Below the pieces are notes generated by a model, which was not told where the DNA came from, made no database searches, and was given only the letters and a program-made list of their open reading frames with translations. Positions 31,299 through 40,357 of a stretch of DNA of 64,000 nt are shown here, piece by piece. The DNA is taken from positions 8,930 through 72,929 of the forward strand of contig JAFQKR010000086.1 of NCBI GenBank assembly GCA_017396825.1, read 5' to 3'. This DNA is from Clostridia bacterium (GTDB taxonomy: Bacteria > Bacillota > Clostridia > Oscillospirales > CAG-382). Every line of letters starts with the position of its first letter. Position 1 is the first letter of the stretch. The position numbers and the translations under genes are program-made.

Positions 31299-32702
31299 AT
31301 GGGAGAAACCTTAGGCTTGATAGTTGTTATCGTTTTAATTGTATTTTCGCTGTTCTTGGCGTTGCTTTCAAGGTACAAAAAATGTCCTTCCGATAAGATA
31401 ATGGTTATCTACGGTCGCGTAGGCAAAAACAAGGACGGCAGTACCCGCAGCGCAAAATGTATCCACGGCGGCGCAGCTTTCGTGGTACCCGTTATTCAGT
31501 CCTATCGTTTTTTGGACCTTACCCCTATATCCATTCAGGTAGACCTTACCAACGCTCTTTCAAAGCAGAATATACGTATTGACGTACCTTCTCGTTTTAC
31601 CGTTGGTATATCCACCGAGCAGGGTATAATGCAAAACGCCGCTGAACGCTTGCTTGGTCTTAAACTTTCCGAGATCCAAGAGCTTTCCAAGGACATCATC
31701 TTCGGTCAGCTTCGTCTTATCATCGCTACCATGGATATCGAGGAGATCAACACCGACAGAGATAAGTTCCTTGAGGCAGTGTCCCGTAACGTTGAGACTG
31801 AGCTTAAAAAGATAGGTCTTCGTCTTATAAACGTAAACGTTACCGATATCAGCGATGAATCCGGCTACATTACCGCTCTCGGTAAAGAAGCAGCTGCGAA
31901 GGCTATAAACGACGCTAAAAAGAGCGTTGCAGAAAAGGAACGCGACGGTTCTATCGGTGAAGCCAACGCCAAGATGGACGAAAGAATTCAGGTGTCCCGT
32001 TCTGAGTCTGAGGCTATCGAGGGTGAAAACCAAGCGCAAATGGCAATATCCATGTCCAACGCCGCCCTTCGTGAAAAGAACGCAGAGGCACTTCGTATAG
32101 CCGTTACCGCAGAAAAAATCCAAGCGGCAAAGGCGGCAGAGGAGTCCTATGAAGCAGAACGCCTTGCCGAACTTGCCCGTTCCTCTAAGGAAAAAGCAAC
32201 CCTCGAGGCAGACGTAATAGTAAGAGCAGAAATCAAGAAGAGAGAACTGGAGCTTGCCGCAGAGGCAGAGGCAGAACAGATACGCCGTAAGGCAAAGGGT
32301 GAAGCAGACGCTATCTACGCACGCATGGAAGCAGAGGCTCGCGGTGCTCGTGAAGTGCTCAGTAAGCAGGCAGAGGGTCTTGCAGAGGTAGTAAACGCGG
32401 CAGGCGGTGACCCCAACGCTGCTCTTAAGCTCCTTATCGCAGATAAGCTTGAAGCCCTTATGACCATTCAGGTTGAGGCTATCAAGAACATCAAGATAGA
32501 CAAGGTTACCGTTTGGGATAGCGGCGCAGGCACCGACGGTAAAACCTCCACCGCAAACTTCCTTTCCGGTATGATGCGTTCTGTACCTCCTCTTGAAGAG
32601 GTATTTGCACTGGCAGGCATGTCTCTCCCCGAAATTCTCGGCAAAAAGGCAGAGGAAGAGCCGAAAGCGGAAGAAGTACATGCAGAAATAGTAAGCGAAT
32701 AA
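31299..32702 (+). CDS. floT: Flotillin-like protein (SPFH/Band-7; FloT/YuaG-like)
   Basis: N-terminal TM, SPFH domain, long EA-rich coiled coil (EAEAEQIRRKAKGEAD...). Confidence 0.8.
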   Translation: MGETLGLIVVIVLIVFSLFLALLSRYKKCPSDKIMVIYGRVGKNKDGSTRSAKCIHGGAAFVVPVIQSYRFLDLTPISIQVDLTNALSKQNIRIDVPSRFTVGISTEQGIMQNAAERLLGLKLSEIQELSKDIIFGQLRLIIATMDIEEINTDRDKFLEAVSRNVETELKKIGLRLINVNVTDISDESGYITALGKEAAAKAINDAKKSVAEKERDGSIGEANAKMDERIQVSRSESEAIEGENQAQMAISMSNAALREKNAEALRIAVTAEKIQAAKAAEESYEAERLAELARSSKEKATLEADVIVRAEIKKRELELAAEAEAEQIRRKAKGEADAIYARMEAEARGAREVLSKQAEGLAEVVNAAGGDPNAALKLLIADKLEALMTIQVEAIKNIKIDKVTVWDSGAGTDGKTSTANFLSGMMRSVPPLEEVFALAGMSLPEILGKKAEEEPKAEEVHAEIVSE

Positions 32703-32801
32703 AAATACCCTAATAAGCAAGCTGTATTGTGCGCATAGGAGCAAGCGTTTGAATTGTTCCTGTGCACACACTTTTTATAAAAATTAAAGGGGGTGGCATT
32801 A

Positions 32802-33893
32802 ATGGAATACTTGTTTTCGGCATTGCATTCACTGGCGGCATCGCTTTTCCTCAGTAATATGGTTTACCGTGCGGCAGTCGCAGGTGCGTTGACCTATTTT
32901 GACGTATTTCTGGGCGCGCTTATTCTCTATGTTGTTTTCCATAACAACAATAGCAGTAAACGTTATCTTTGCCTTGAGGATGAGGATACTAACAGTGGAT
33001 TTTTCCATTGGTTGCTTAAATCCATTAGATCTGCCGATTTTTGGCTTTGTGCCTTGATTATAGTTACCCCGGTTTCCTTTATAGCCCAAAAGTCCTTGGC
33101 AATGCCTGTTTATTGGATGATTGGTATAATGCTTATAATGCTTTTAATGTGCGAAGCACAGCAATGCCGCCGTTGGGCAGAGGCGTATTACGATTATTGT
33201 GAGCTGCGCGTGGAGCATAGTGCAAAAGAATATGTGAAGACTACAAGAACAAAACCTGTTAAAAAGGCAATAAATATGGCGCTTGGCTGTATAGCTGTGG
33301 CGGGTATAAGTGTTTTGCTGTACTTATATAGGTTAGCAACTCCGGTGCTGATGTTTGTGGTATACGAGGCAGGAACCATTATAATTTTAATACTGGGCGC
33401 TGTTCCGGTCCTTATGCTTCTTCGCGGCTTCGGCTGTATGCGTAAGAGGCGCAGTGCTGTTAAAGCGCTTGCTCAAATATGCAAGAAATACGGATATACG
33501 TTAACGGATAATACCAAGATTTTTAAAGGGTTGTATTATTCAACGGGTAAAACCGACTTAATGATAGAAAAGGGCGACCGACGATATGGTATCAGCTTTC
33601 TGCCCATACCATACAAAATCAGCAGCATTATTTTTTACACCGATAAAAAATACCGATTCCGTCCCACTGCTTTTGGAATGAGTATTCCTTTACCGTTGCA
33701 TGCTGTAGGGTTTGGCGATGAATATGGTGAAAAGTATCTGCTTTTTACAAAGCCTGCCTCAAGGGCAAGGCTTTATGACGGCAGACGGTATAACGAGATA
33801 GATAACGGGGAAGTGCTTTACGGCGCAAAGGCGTATTCGGTTTCAGCGTTCATGACCTATTTTGACAGATTGGCAAGAAATGATCATCAATAA
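32802..33893 (+). CDS. Polytopic membrane protein of unknown function (flotillin operon member)
   Basis: 363 aa with multiple TM segments and no recognizable motif. ATG 32802 follows GGGGGTG. Confidence 0.4.
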   Translation: MEYLFSALHSLAASLFLSNMVYRAAVAGALTYFDVFLGALILYVVFHNNNSSKRYLCLEDEDTNSGFFHWLLKSIRSADFWLCALIIVTPVSFIAQKSLAMPVYWMIGIMLIMLLMCEAQQCRRWAEAYYDYCELRVEHSAKEYVKTTRTKPVKKAINMALGCIAVAGISVLLYLYRLATPVLMFVVYEAGTIIILILGAVPVLMLLRGFGCMRKRRSAVKALAQICKKYGYTLTDNTKIFKGLYYSTGKTDLMIEKGDRRYGISFLPIPYKISSIIFYTDKKYRFRPTAFGMSIPLPLHAVGFGDEYGEKYLLFTKPASRARLYDGRRYNEIDNGEVLYGAKAYSVSAFMTYFDRLARNDHQ

Positions 33894-33901
33894 CAGAAAA
33901 A

Positions 33902-33934
33902 GGGGCTGTAAAAAACAAAGTTTTTTACAGCCCC
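33902..33934. terminator. Perfect 15-bp palindrome GGGGCTGTAAAAAAC/GTTTTTTACAGCCCC; terminator for the convergent DUF362 gene
   Basis: Member of a recurring palindromic family (see findings). Followed on the minus strand by a U-tract. Confidence 0.6.
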
Positions 33935-33947
33935 GATTCTTGTATTC

Positions 33948-34814
33948 TTAATCAATTATAATAAGCTCATAATCCTTACTTCCAACGCCCATATCAGCGG
34001 CGGCATCTATGGTGTGGGTGCCGTTTCTGCTTTCAACTCTCTCTAAAAAGTGGGCTTTGCCCTTGTCCTCGCAGGCGTACACCAAATCAATGCAAGCTTT
34101 GTCGATAGCCACAGGGTCGTCACTTGCCAACATGCCTATATCGGCAATACAGGGGTCCTCGGCAACGGCACAACAGTCGCAGTCAACGCTCATGTTTTTC
34201 ATAACGTTAATATAAACTATGTTACCGTCAAAGAAATCAACCACCGAGGAAGCGGCATCTGCCATGGCCTCCAAAAAGCTGTCGTGGTCAGCCGTCCATA
34301 TGTTTTCTGGCACACCTGCGCCGTGAATGTACGCCTTACCAAAGGATGATGCAAGACCTATTGAAAGCTGTTTTATGGCACCGCCAAAGCCGCCCATGGG
34401 GTGCCCTTTAAAATGGGAAAGAACCAGCATAGAATCATAGTCGTTAATGCCATTGCCGACGTAGTTCTTTTTTATCACCTTGCCGCCGGGTATATCAAGC
34501 ACAGTGTCGGGGGAGGAGTCGTCGAGTATGCGGGTTTTATAAAGAGCATCCCAGCCGTGGTCTGTCAAAAGCCTTTTGTGCTTTTCCGCAGTGTCGCGCT
34601 CGCCCTCGTAAGCAGTGTTGCACTCCACTACGGTGCCGCCTACCTTATCTATAACGGGCTTCCAAAAAGAGGGCTTTAAAAAGTTTTGGTTACCCTTCTC
34701 GCCGGAATGAACCTTTATGGCAACTCTTCCCTTTAAATCTTTTCCTACCGAATCAAACAGAGCGGCTACCTTTTCAGGGCTTATATCTTTAGTAAAATAT
34801 ACAGTTTTTTTCAT
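33948..34814 (-). CDS. DUF362 domain protein
   Basis: MKKTVYFTKD..., with a Cys cluster CDCC. ATG 34814 follows AAGGAGA. The track start is a 53-codon extension. Confidence 0.6.
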   Translation of the reverse strand: MKKTVYFTKDISPEKVAALFDSVGKDLKGRVAIKVHSGEKGNQNFLKPSFWKPVIDKVGGTVVECNTAYEGERDTAEKHKRLLTDHGWDALYKTRILDDSSPDTVLDIPGGKVIKKNYVGNGINDYDSMLVLSHFKGHPMGGFGGAIKQLSIGLASSFGKAYIHGAGVPENIWTADHDSFLEAMADAASSVVDFFDGNIVYINVMKNMSVDCDCCAVAEDPCIADIGMLASDDPVAIDKACIDLVYACEDKGKAHFLERVESRNGTHTIDAAADMGVGSKDYELIIID

Positions 34815-34954
34815 ACAATTATCTCCTTTTTCAGATGTATTAATTATACCATAAAGAGTAGTAAAAAGGCAATACGCCGTTTGTAAAAAAATAACTTGTT
34901 TAAAATGCACAAAACTACGGTCTGTAAAACTGCAAAGCAGTATAAAAATACCAC

Positions 34955-34983
34955 TTGTCAAAAAGGCTGTCATTTTGTATAAT
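34955..34983 (+). promoter_or_regulatory. Promoter of the aminotransferase gene
   Basis: TTGTCA, 17 nt, TATAAT. Followed by a ~120-nt leader. Confidence 0.5.
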
Positions 34984-35103
34984 TATATGTATATTTATAG
35001 TTGTATTTGTAAGTGCTTGTAGCTTGTTGTCCTATGTCAAAGATTGTTGGCAGGGAATACTCTGTAGATATAGCCTTATCTCCACAGAAAAAGGAGTTTT
35101 GAT

Positions 35104-36348
35104 ATGAAAACTTATAACGAGCTTTTAAAGGAATATGAAGAATATAAGGCGTTGGGGCTTAAACTGGATATGACCAGAGGCAAGCCTGCCAAGGCTCAGC
35201 TTGATATGATGGAAGGTCTTCTTGGGGCGCTTTCTACTAACGAGGACTGCCTTTCCGACGGGGTCGATTGCCGTAACTACGGTATTGTTGACGGTATTCC
35301 TGCGGCAAAGCGTATATTTTCCGACATCCTCGGCGTGCCTGCGGAAAAGATTATCGTTGGCGGTAACTCCAGCCTTAACCTTATGTTTGATGCTGTTGCT
35401 CGCGCTATGCTTCGCGGCGTTGCAGAGGGTGAAAAGCCTTGGTCAAAGTATGATAAGATAAGTTTTCTTTGCCCTGTTCCCGGTTATGACAGACACTTTG
35501 CTATCTGTGAATATTTTGGTATAAATATGATAAACGTTCCTCTTACAGCCGAAGGTCCCGATATGGATGTGGTTGAGGCGCTTGTGTCTGAGGACGAAAC
35601 AATTAAGGGTATGTGGTGCGTGCCTAAGTATGCAAACCCCACGGGTATTACCTATTCTGCAGAAACTCTTCGCCGTTTTGCTTCTCTTTGCCCTAAGGCA
35701 AAGGATTTTCGTGTGTTCTGGGATAACGCTTATGTTGTTCACGATCTTACCGATACGCCCGACGAACTTCCCGATATCCTCTCTCTTGCCGCTGAACACG
35801 GCAACGAGGATATGTTCTACGAGTTTACCTCTACCTCCAAAATAAGCTTTCCCGGCGCAGGTCTTGCGGCTATCGCCTCCAGCGAAAACAATATTAAGCG
35901 CATAGTCAAGGACATGTCCTATCAGACTATCGGCCACGATAAGCTTAATCAGCTTCGTCACGTAAAGCTTTTCCCTAACAAGGAAGCGATAACGGAGCAC
36001 ATGAAAAAGCACGCTGCTCTTATAAAGCCAAAGTTTGACGCGGTGCTTAACGCCTTTGCCGAGGAAGGCATCGATAAACTTCAGGGTGTAAGCTATACCC
36101 GTCCAAACGGCGGTTATTTTATAAGCCTTGACCTTCCCAATGGTTGTGCAAAGCGTCTTGTTGCTCTTGCAAAGGACGCAGGGCTTGCTCTTACTGCCGC
36201 AGGCGCTACCTTCCCCTACGGTAAGGATATAAAGGACAGCAACCTTCGTATTGCACCCACCTTCCCCTGCCTTGAGGATATAGAAAAGGCAGCAAAGGTG
36301 CTTTGTGCATGTATAAAGCTGGTCGTTGCAGAAAAGGCAGAGATGTAA
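35104..36348 (+). CDS. PLP-dependent aminotransferase (class I/II fold)
   Basis: 414 aa with fold-type I features. The PLP-binding lysine is in ...TSKISFPGAGLAAI... Confidence 0.65.
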   Translation: MKTYNELLKEYEEYKALGLKLDMTRGKPAKAQLDMMEGLLGALSTNEDCLSDGVDCRNYGIVDGIPAAKRIFSDILGVPAEKIIVGGNSSLNLMFDAVARAMLRGVAEGEKPWSKYDKISFLCPVPGYDRHFAICEYFGINMINVPLTAEGPDMDVVEALVSEDETIKGMWCVPKYANPTGITYSAETLRRFASLCPKAKDFRVFWDNAYVVHDLTDTPDELPDILSLAAEHGNEDMFYEFTSTSKISFPGAGLAAIASSENNIKRIVKDMSYQTIGHDKLNQLRHVKLFPNKEAITEHMKKHAALIKPKFDAVLNAFAEEGIDKLQGVSYTRPNGGYFISLDLPNGCAKRLVALAKDAGLALTAAGATFPYGKDIKDSNLRIAPTFPCLEDIEKAAKVLCACIKLVVAEKAEM

Positions 36349-36362
36349 AAAAGTTTACTGAG

Positions 36363-36408
36363 TGAAAAACGAGATTTACTTTGCAAAGTAAATCTCGTCT
36401 TTTTTATT
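36363..36408. terminator. Bidirectional terminator
   Basis: ACGAGATTTACTT-tgca-AAGTAAATCTCGT flanked by A5 and T6. Confidence 0.7.
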
Positions 36409-36409
36409 C

Positions 36410-36907
36410 TTAATCTGCTTTTGTAACCGTTACCTTTTCAATAACGGGTTGGTCCTCAAAAAGAACGGTGCCGTTGCCGTCGATGGGGCGAACCATCTTT
36501 GCAATAGCATCAACAACGTCAATACCGTCGGTAACAACGCCAAAAGCGGCGTACTGACCGTCAAGGAAGGTAGAGTCCTCGTGTACTATAAAGAACTGGC
36601 TGGATGCGCTGTTGGGGTTCATAGAGCGCGCCATGGAGATAACGCCGCGCTTGTGAGAAAGGGTGTTGTTAAAACCGTTAGCGGCAAATTCGCCCTTGAT
36701 TGTATCCATGCTGCCACCCATGCCATTGTGCTCGGGGTCACCGCCTTGAATCATAAAACCGCGGATGATGCGGTGGAAAGTTAGCCCGTCATAAAAGCCC
36801 ATATCGGCAAGCTTGACAAAGTTAGCAACAGTTATGGGTGCGGTAGCGGGGTCAAGGGAAAGGGTAATAGTGCCAAAATCCCTTATTTCCATTTTTACAT
36901 TAAACAT
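36410..36907 (-). CDS. ppiB: Peptidyl-prolyl cis-trans isomerase, cyclophilin type
   Basis: ...FHRIIRGFMIQGGDP... Confidence 0.85.
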   Translation of the reverse strand: MFNVKMEIRDFGTITLSLDPATAPITVANFVKLADMGFYDGLTFHRIIRGFMIQGGDPEHNGMGGSMDTIKGEFAANGFNNTLSHKRGVISMARSMNPNSASSQFFIVHEDSTFLDGQYAAFGVVTDGIDVVDAIAKMVRPIDGNGTVLFEDQPVIEKVTVTKAD

Positions 36908-37021
36908 AAAAATCCTCCGTAAGGTTATTCATCAAATTTATTATATACCACAATTCCAGATTTTTCAAGCATAAAATAAAAGCGACCTTGTGATGTGAGG
37001 CCGCTTTTGTATCTTGGTGTG

Positions 37022-38692
37022 TTATTTCTTAATATCGTTTCTCTTTATCTTTTTAGTGGTAGTCTTAGGGAAGTCTGTGTCGCGGATAACTACCTTGTGT
37101 ATGTGCTTGTAGGAGGGGAGGTCCTTGGTAAGTGCAAGTATATCGGCCTTGAATATTTCCTCGGGTTTTCTGCCGTCGGCGGGCAAAAGGTCCATATCAA
37201 GGAAGCCTTCAGCGCACAAATCAGTCTCTGCACCGTTCTCGTCCTTAATGGAGTAAACCACAGCATCCTTTACGTAGGGAATAGAGTAGATGTAGTTTTC
37301 TATTTCCTCGGGATAGATGTTCTTGCCATTATCAAGAACGATAAGGTTCTTTTTGCGGCCGGTTATGTAAAGCTTACCGTTGGTGTAGTTTCCAAGGTCT
37401 CCGGTGTGGAACCAACCGTCAACCAAAACCTCGTCGGTCTGAGCCTTGTCCTTGAAGTAGCCCATCATAACAACGTCGCCCTTAACGCAAATTTCGCCGT
37501 TGCCGTTTTCATCCTTTTGGTCTATGTTGATTTCAAGGCAGGGAAGAACAACGCCTACAGAGGCAAAATCGTTGTCATGGCCTTGGTTTACGGAAACGAG
37601 AGGAGAACACTCGGTAATGCCGTAGCCGTTTTCAAGGTCGATGCCGATGTTGGTGAAAAACTCACCTATCTCAGGTCTTACAGGTGCGCCGCCGCAAATA
37701 ATCTGACGAAGCTCGCCGCCAAAGTTGTCTATTATCTGCTTAAAGAATTTACGGCGAAGGTCGATACCTATCTTGCGAAGACCATTGCTAAGCTTTATCA
37801 TTTTTCTTACAAGACCCGCTTTGCCCTTTTCCTCAAGAGTTGCCCAAACACGTTTATAGAACAGCTCAGCAAAAGCGGGAACCACGAAAATATAAACGGG
37901 CTTGTAAAGCTGAATGTTAGGAAGAACAGCACGGAGAGACTCATTAATGCAAATGCAGTTGTGCTTGTGTATGCTTACGAGAATACCTATAACAGACTCA
38001 TAGGTGTGGTGATATGGAAGGACGGACAAGCAGCGAACCTTAACGTCTTCAACCATAAGACCGTAGTTCAGAGCAGAGCGAATGTTGTGGTGAGACAGCA
38101 TAACACCCTTGGAATTACCGGTGGTACCGGAGGTGTATACCAACATCTTAAGGTCCATATCGGGGGTGGTTTTTTCAGTGTAAGCGGTGTAGCCCTTTTC
38201 AGAAAGTGCCTTGCCCTCAGCAAGAAGAGACTCAAAGGGAACAGCATCGTCACCATCAAGGCAAACTACCAGCTTAACCCTTGCAAGCTCCTTTGCATCG
38301 GAGGTGAACAAAGGTACGAGGGACTTGTCGCAGAAAATAACAACACTTTCGCTGTGTTCAACAACGTTAAGCAAGTCTTTTTCGGGGAGATCCTTGTCTA
38401 TAGGAACGAAAACATTACTGCCGCAAAGAGTGCTTAGGTAAGTAACTATCCAAGGATAACTGTTTGCGCCAACGCAGGCGATGTGGCAGTTCTCCGCAAA
38501 GCCTCTTTTCGCAAGAGCGTTACCAAGATAAATAATGGTGTCGTTAAATTCTTTGCACCCAACTTCCTGAACTTTTCCTGCTTTTTTATATTTAAACAAG
38601 GTTTGGTCGCCCATAGCGGCAACCGCTTTATCCATCATATCACGGATAGAGTCAATTCGCACTACTTCGTTGTACTTGATCTTTTTAGCCAT
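37022..38692 (-). CDS. AMP-dependent synthetase/ligase (long-chain-fatty-acid--CoA ligase-like), second copy
   Basis: YTSGTTGNSKGVMLSHHN, GYGITE. This is a different subfamily from 28257..29954. Confidence 0.8.
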   Translation of the reverse strand: MAKKIKYNEVVRIDSIRDMMDKAVAAMGDQTLFKYKKAGKVQEVGCKEFNDTIIYLGNALAKRGFAENCHIACVGANSYPWIVTYLSTLCGSNVFVPIDKDLPEKDLLNVVEHSESVVIFCDKSLVPLFTSDAKELARVKLVVCLDGDDAVPFESLLAEGKALSEKGYTAYTEKTTPDMDLKMLVYTSGTTGNSKGVMLSHHNIRSALNYGLMVEDVKVRCLSVLPYHHTYESVIGILVSIHKHNCICINESLRAVLPNIQLYKPVYIFVVPAFAELFYKRVWATLEEKGKAGLVRKMIKLSNGLRKIGIDLRRKFFKQIIDNFGGELRQIICGGAPVRPEIGEFFTNIGIDLENGYGITECSPLVSVNQGHDNDFASVGVVLPCLEINIDQKDENGNGEICVKGDVVMMGYFKDKAQTDEVLVDGWFHTGDLGNYTNGKLYITGRKKNLIVLDNGKNIYPEEIENYIYSIPYVKDAVVYSIKDENGAETDLCAEGFLDMDLLPADGRKPEEIFKADILALTKDLPSYKHIHKVVIRDTDFPKTTTKKIKRNDIKK

Positions 38693-38794
38693 AGCAACCT
38701 CCGTTTTGGAAAGTATATAATCTAATCACAACAACTATTATACATAGTTTTAATTACTATGTCAATAGTTTTTTCTGAAGTTTTGCTTTTTTTG

Positions 38795-38823
38795 TTGACT
38801 AAATTGCGTATCGGTGGTACAAT
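38795..38823 (+). promoter_or_regulatory. Promoter of the second DUF1836-like gene
   Basis: TTGACT, 17 nt, TACAAT, with TGn. Confidence 0.5.
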
Positions 38824-38847
38824 ACTTAAGAAAGTGAGGGGATAATT

Positions 38848-39369
38848 TTGTTAAGTCTTGACGAGATAAGGGCATATCGCAGTCCAAGGTGGGATCAGCT
38901 TCCCGATATAGATCTTTATATGGATCAGGTGCTTGTGGTACTTGACAAGTATTTGCGTATATTTAAGGAAACAGAGGACGAAAAGATAATAACCTCTGCA
39001 ATGATTAATAATTATGTAAAACAAAAAATTACAAAACCGCCGGTTAATAAAAAATACACCCGTTATCACGTGGCTTTTTTGTACGTGGTTTGTGTGCTTA
39101 AAAATTTTGTAAGCCTTTCCGATATATGCGTCGGCGTAGGTTCTTTGCTTAATGGCCGTCATTCAGCGGAGGCGTTTGATATGTTTTGCGAGGAGTTTGA
39201 TGCGGCGCTTGACGCTGTTTTCGGCGACGGGGAGGATAACAGAAAAAAGCCCGTTACCGACACCGAGCGTATCCTACGCGCTACTACTACCGCCACTGCC
39301 AATATGCTTTATGCTAAGTACTTCATCTCACTTTCAGCTAAAATGGCAGGAGGCGACGAGGTTGACTAA
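38848..39369 (+). CDS. MerR-like HTH protein (DUF1836-like), paralog 2
   Basis: TTG start after GAGGGG. ...NNYVKQKITKPPVNKKYTRYHVAFLYVVCVLK... aligns with paralog 1. Confidence 0.5.
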   Translation: MLSLDEIRAYRSPRWDQLPDIDLYMDQVLVVLDKYLRIFKETEDEKIITSAMINNYVKQKITKPPVNKKYTRYHVAFLYVVCVLKNFVSLSDICVGVGSLLNGRHSAEAFDMFCEEFDAALDAVFGDGEDNRKKPVTDTERILRATTTATANMLYAKYFISLSAKMAGGDEVD

Positions 39370-39835
39370 GACTAACGCAATGCGTCAGCTTGACGTAGCG
39401 GGGATCAGCTACAAGGCGCTGGAGTATGAATGTGACGAAAGCGACCTTTCGGGTACTACCGTTGCGGCAAAAATAGGCCTCCCTTGTGAAATGGTTTTCA
39501 AAACTCTCACCGCAAAAGGGGATAAAACGGGTCTTTGTGTTTTTTGTATACCCGCCGATAAGGAGCTTGACCTAAAAAAAGCCGCAAAACACAGTGGTAA
39601 TAAGAGAGTGGAGCTTTTGCCGGTTAAGGAGCTTCTCGGAGCAACCGGATATATACGCGGCGGATGCTCTCCTATCGGGATGAAAAAGTCCTATCCCACG
39701 TATTTTGATGAAACACTTATCTTGTTTGAAGAGATAACGGTAAGTGCAGGCGTTCGCGGCTGTCAGCTTCTCCTAAACGCTGAAAAGCTGCTTAAGTTTT
39801 TGAATGCTAAGGAATGTGACCTTACAATGGAATAA
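39362..39835 (+). CDS. ybaK: YbaK/ProX-type aminoacyl-tRNA deacylase (Cys-tRNA(Pro) deacylase)
   Basis: ...MRQLDVAGISYKALEYE... aligns to the YbaK N-terminus. A probable TTG start at 39362 overlaps the upstream stop by 8 nt. Confidence 0.7.
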   Translation: MTKTNAMRQLDVAGISYKALEYECDESDLSGTTVAAKIGLPCEMVFKTLTAKGDKTGLCVFCIPADKELDLKKAAKHSGNKRVELLPVKELLGATGYIRGGCSPIGMKKSYPTYFDETLILFEEITVSAGVRGCQLLLNAEKLLKFLNAKECDLTME

Positions 39836-39875
39836 AAACAAGCTGTTGCAACGCAACAGCTTGTTTTTTTTATTA
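39832..39875. terminator. Bidirectional terminator
   Basis: ACAAGCTGTTGC-aac-GCAACAGCTTGT, then T8. Confidence 0.7.
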
Positions 39876-39879
39876 AAAC

Positions 39880-40347
39880 TTAGTCTTTCTTGCCGGATGT
39901 CTTGTTAAGGATAACTACTACCGTGGCGATAAGACCCAAAACTATCATAACGCCGAGAAGACCGAGACCCATGTGGGTAAGAGCCGTCTTCATGTTGTCG
40001 GTAGTGAACTTAAGTTCAACATCGCCAACGGCCTCTTCGTTCTTTTCCTCGGAAGCCTCAGAACTTTCGGGTGTAGCACCGATGGTGGGGATAGAAGGCT
40101 CGCTTTCGGGGCGACCTTCGGGTCTTTCGGGCTTGCCGTCCTCGGGCTTTTCAGGGGGAAGCTTATCATCCACAGACTCAGCCGGGATCATAGCATCGTT
40201 AGCGCCGCTGTCTTCGGAAACAACGGAGGATTCTTCGCTGCTTACTGCCTCGCTTAACTCTGCAGAGGAGTCCTCAGCAAAAGCGGTTATGGAAAGAACG
40301 GAAACAACAGTTATAAAAGTAAGAATAAAAATCAAAGTTTTTTTCAT
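39880..40347 (-). CDS. Small acidic Ser/Glu/Pro-rich protein with an N-terminal signal and a C-terminal OadG-like TM helix
   Basis: MKKTLIFILTFITVVSVLSITAFA, then a low-complexity acidic linker, then ...LTHMGLGLLGVMIVLGLIATVVVIL. ATG 40347 follows GAGGTG, 10 nt after the oadB stop. Confidence 0.45.
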   Translation of the reverse strand: MKKTLIFILTFITVVSVLSITAFAEDSSAELSEAVSSEESSVVSEDSGANDAMIPAESVDDKLPPEKPEDGKPERPEGRPESEPSIPTIGATPESSEASEEKNEEAVGDVELKFTTDNMKTALTHMGLGLLGVMIVLGLIATVVVILNKTSGKKD

Positions 40348-40357
40348 ATTACGCACC

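Noticed and set aside
31560-32771. 403-aa minus-strand ORF
   Set aside because: Antisense to the flotillin coiled-coil region (GCN-rich DNA), which explains the Cys/Leu-rich shadow frame.
36995-38437. 480-aa plus-strand ORF
   Set aside because: Antisense to the well-supported AMP-ligase gene 37022..38692. It shows Val/Asn-rich shadow-frame composition.
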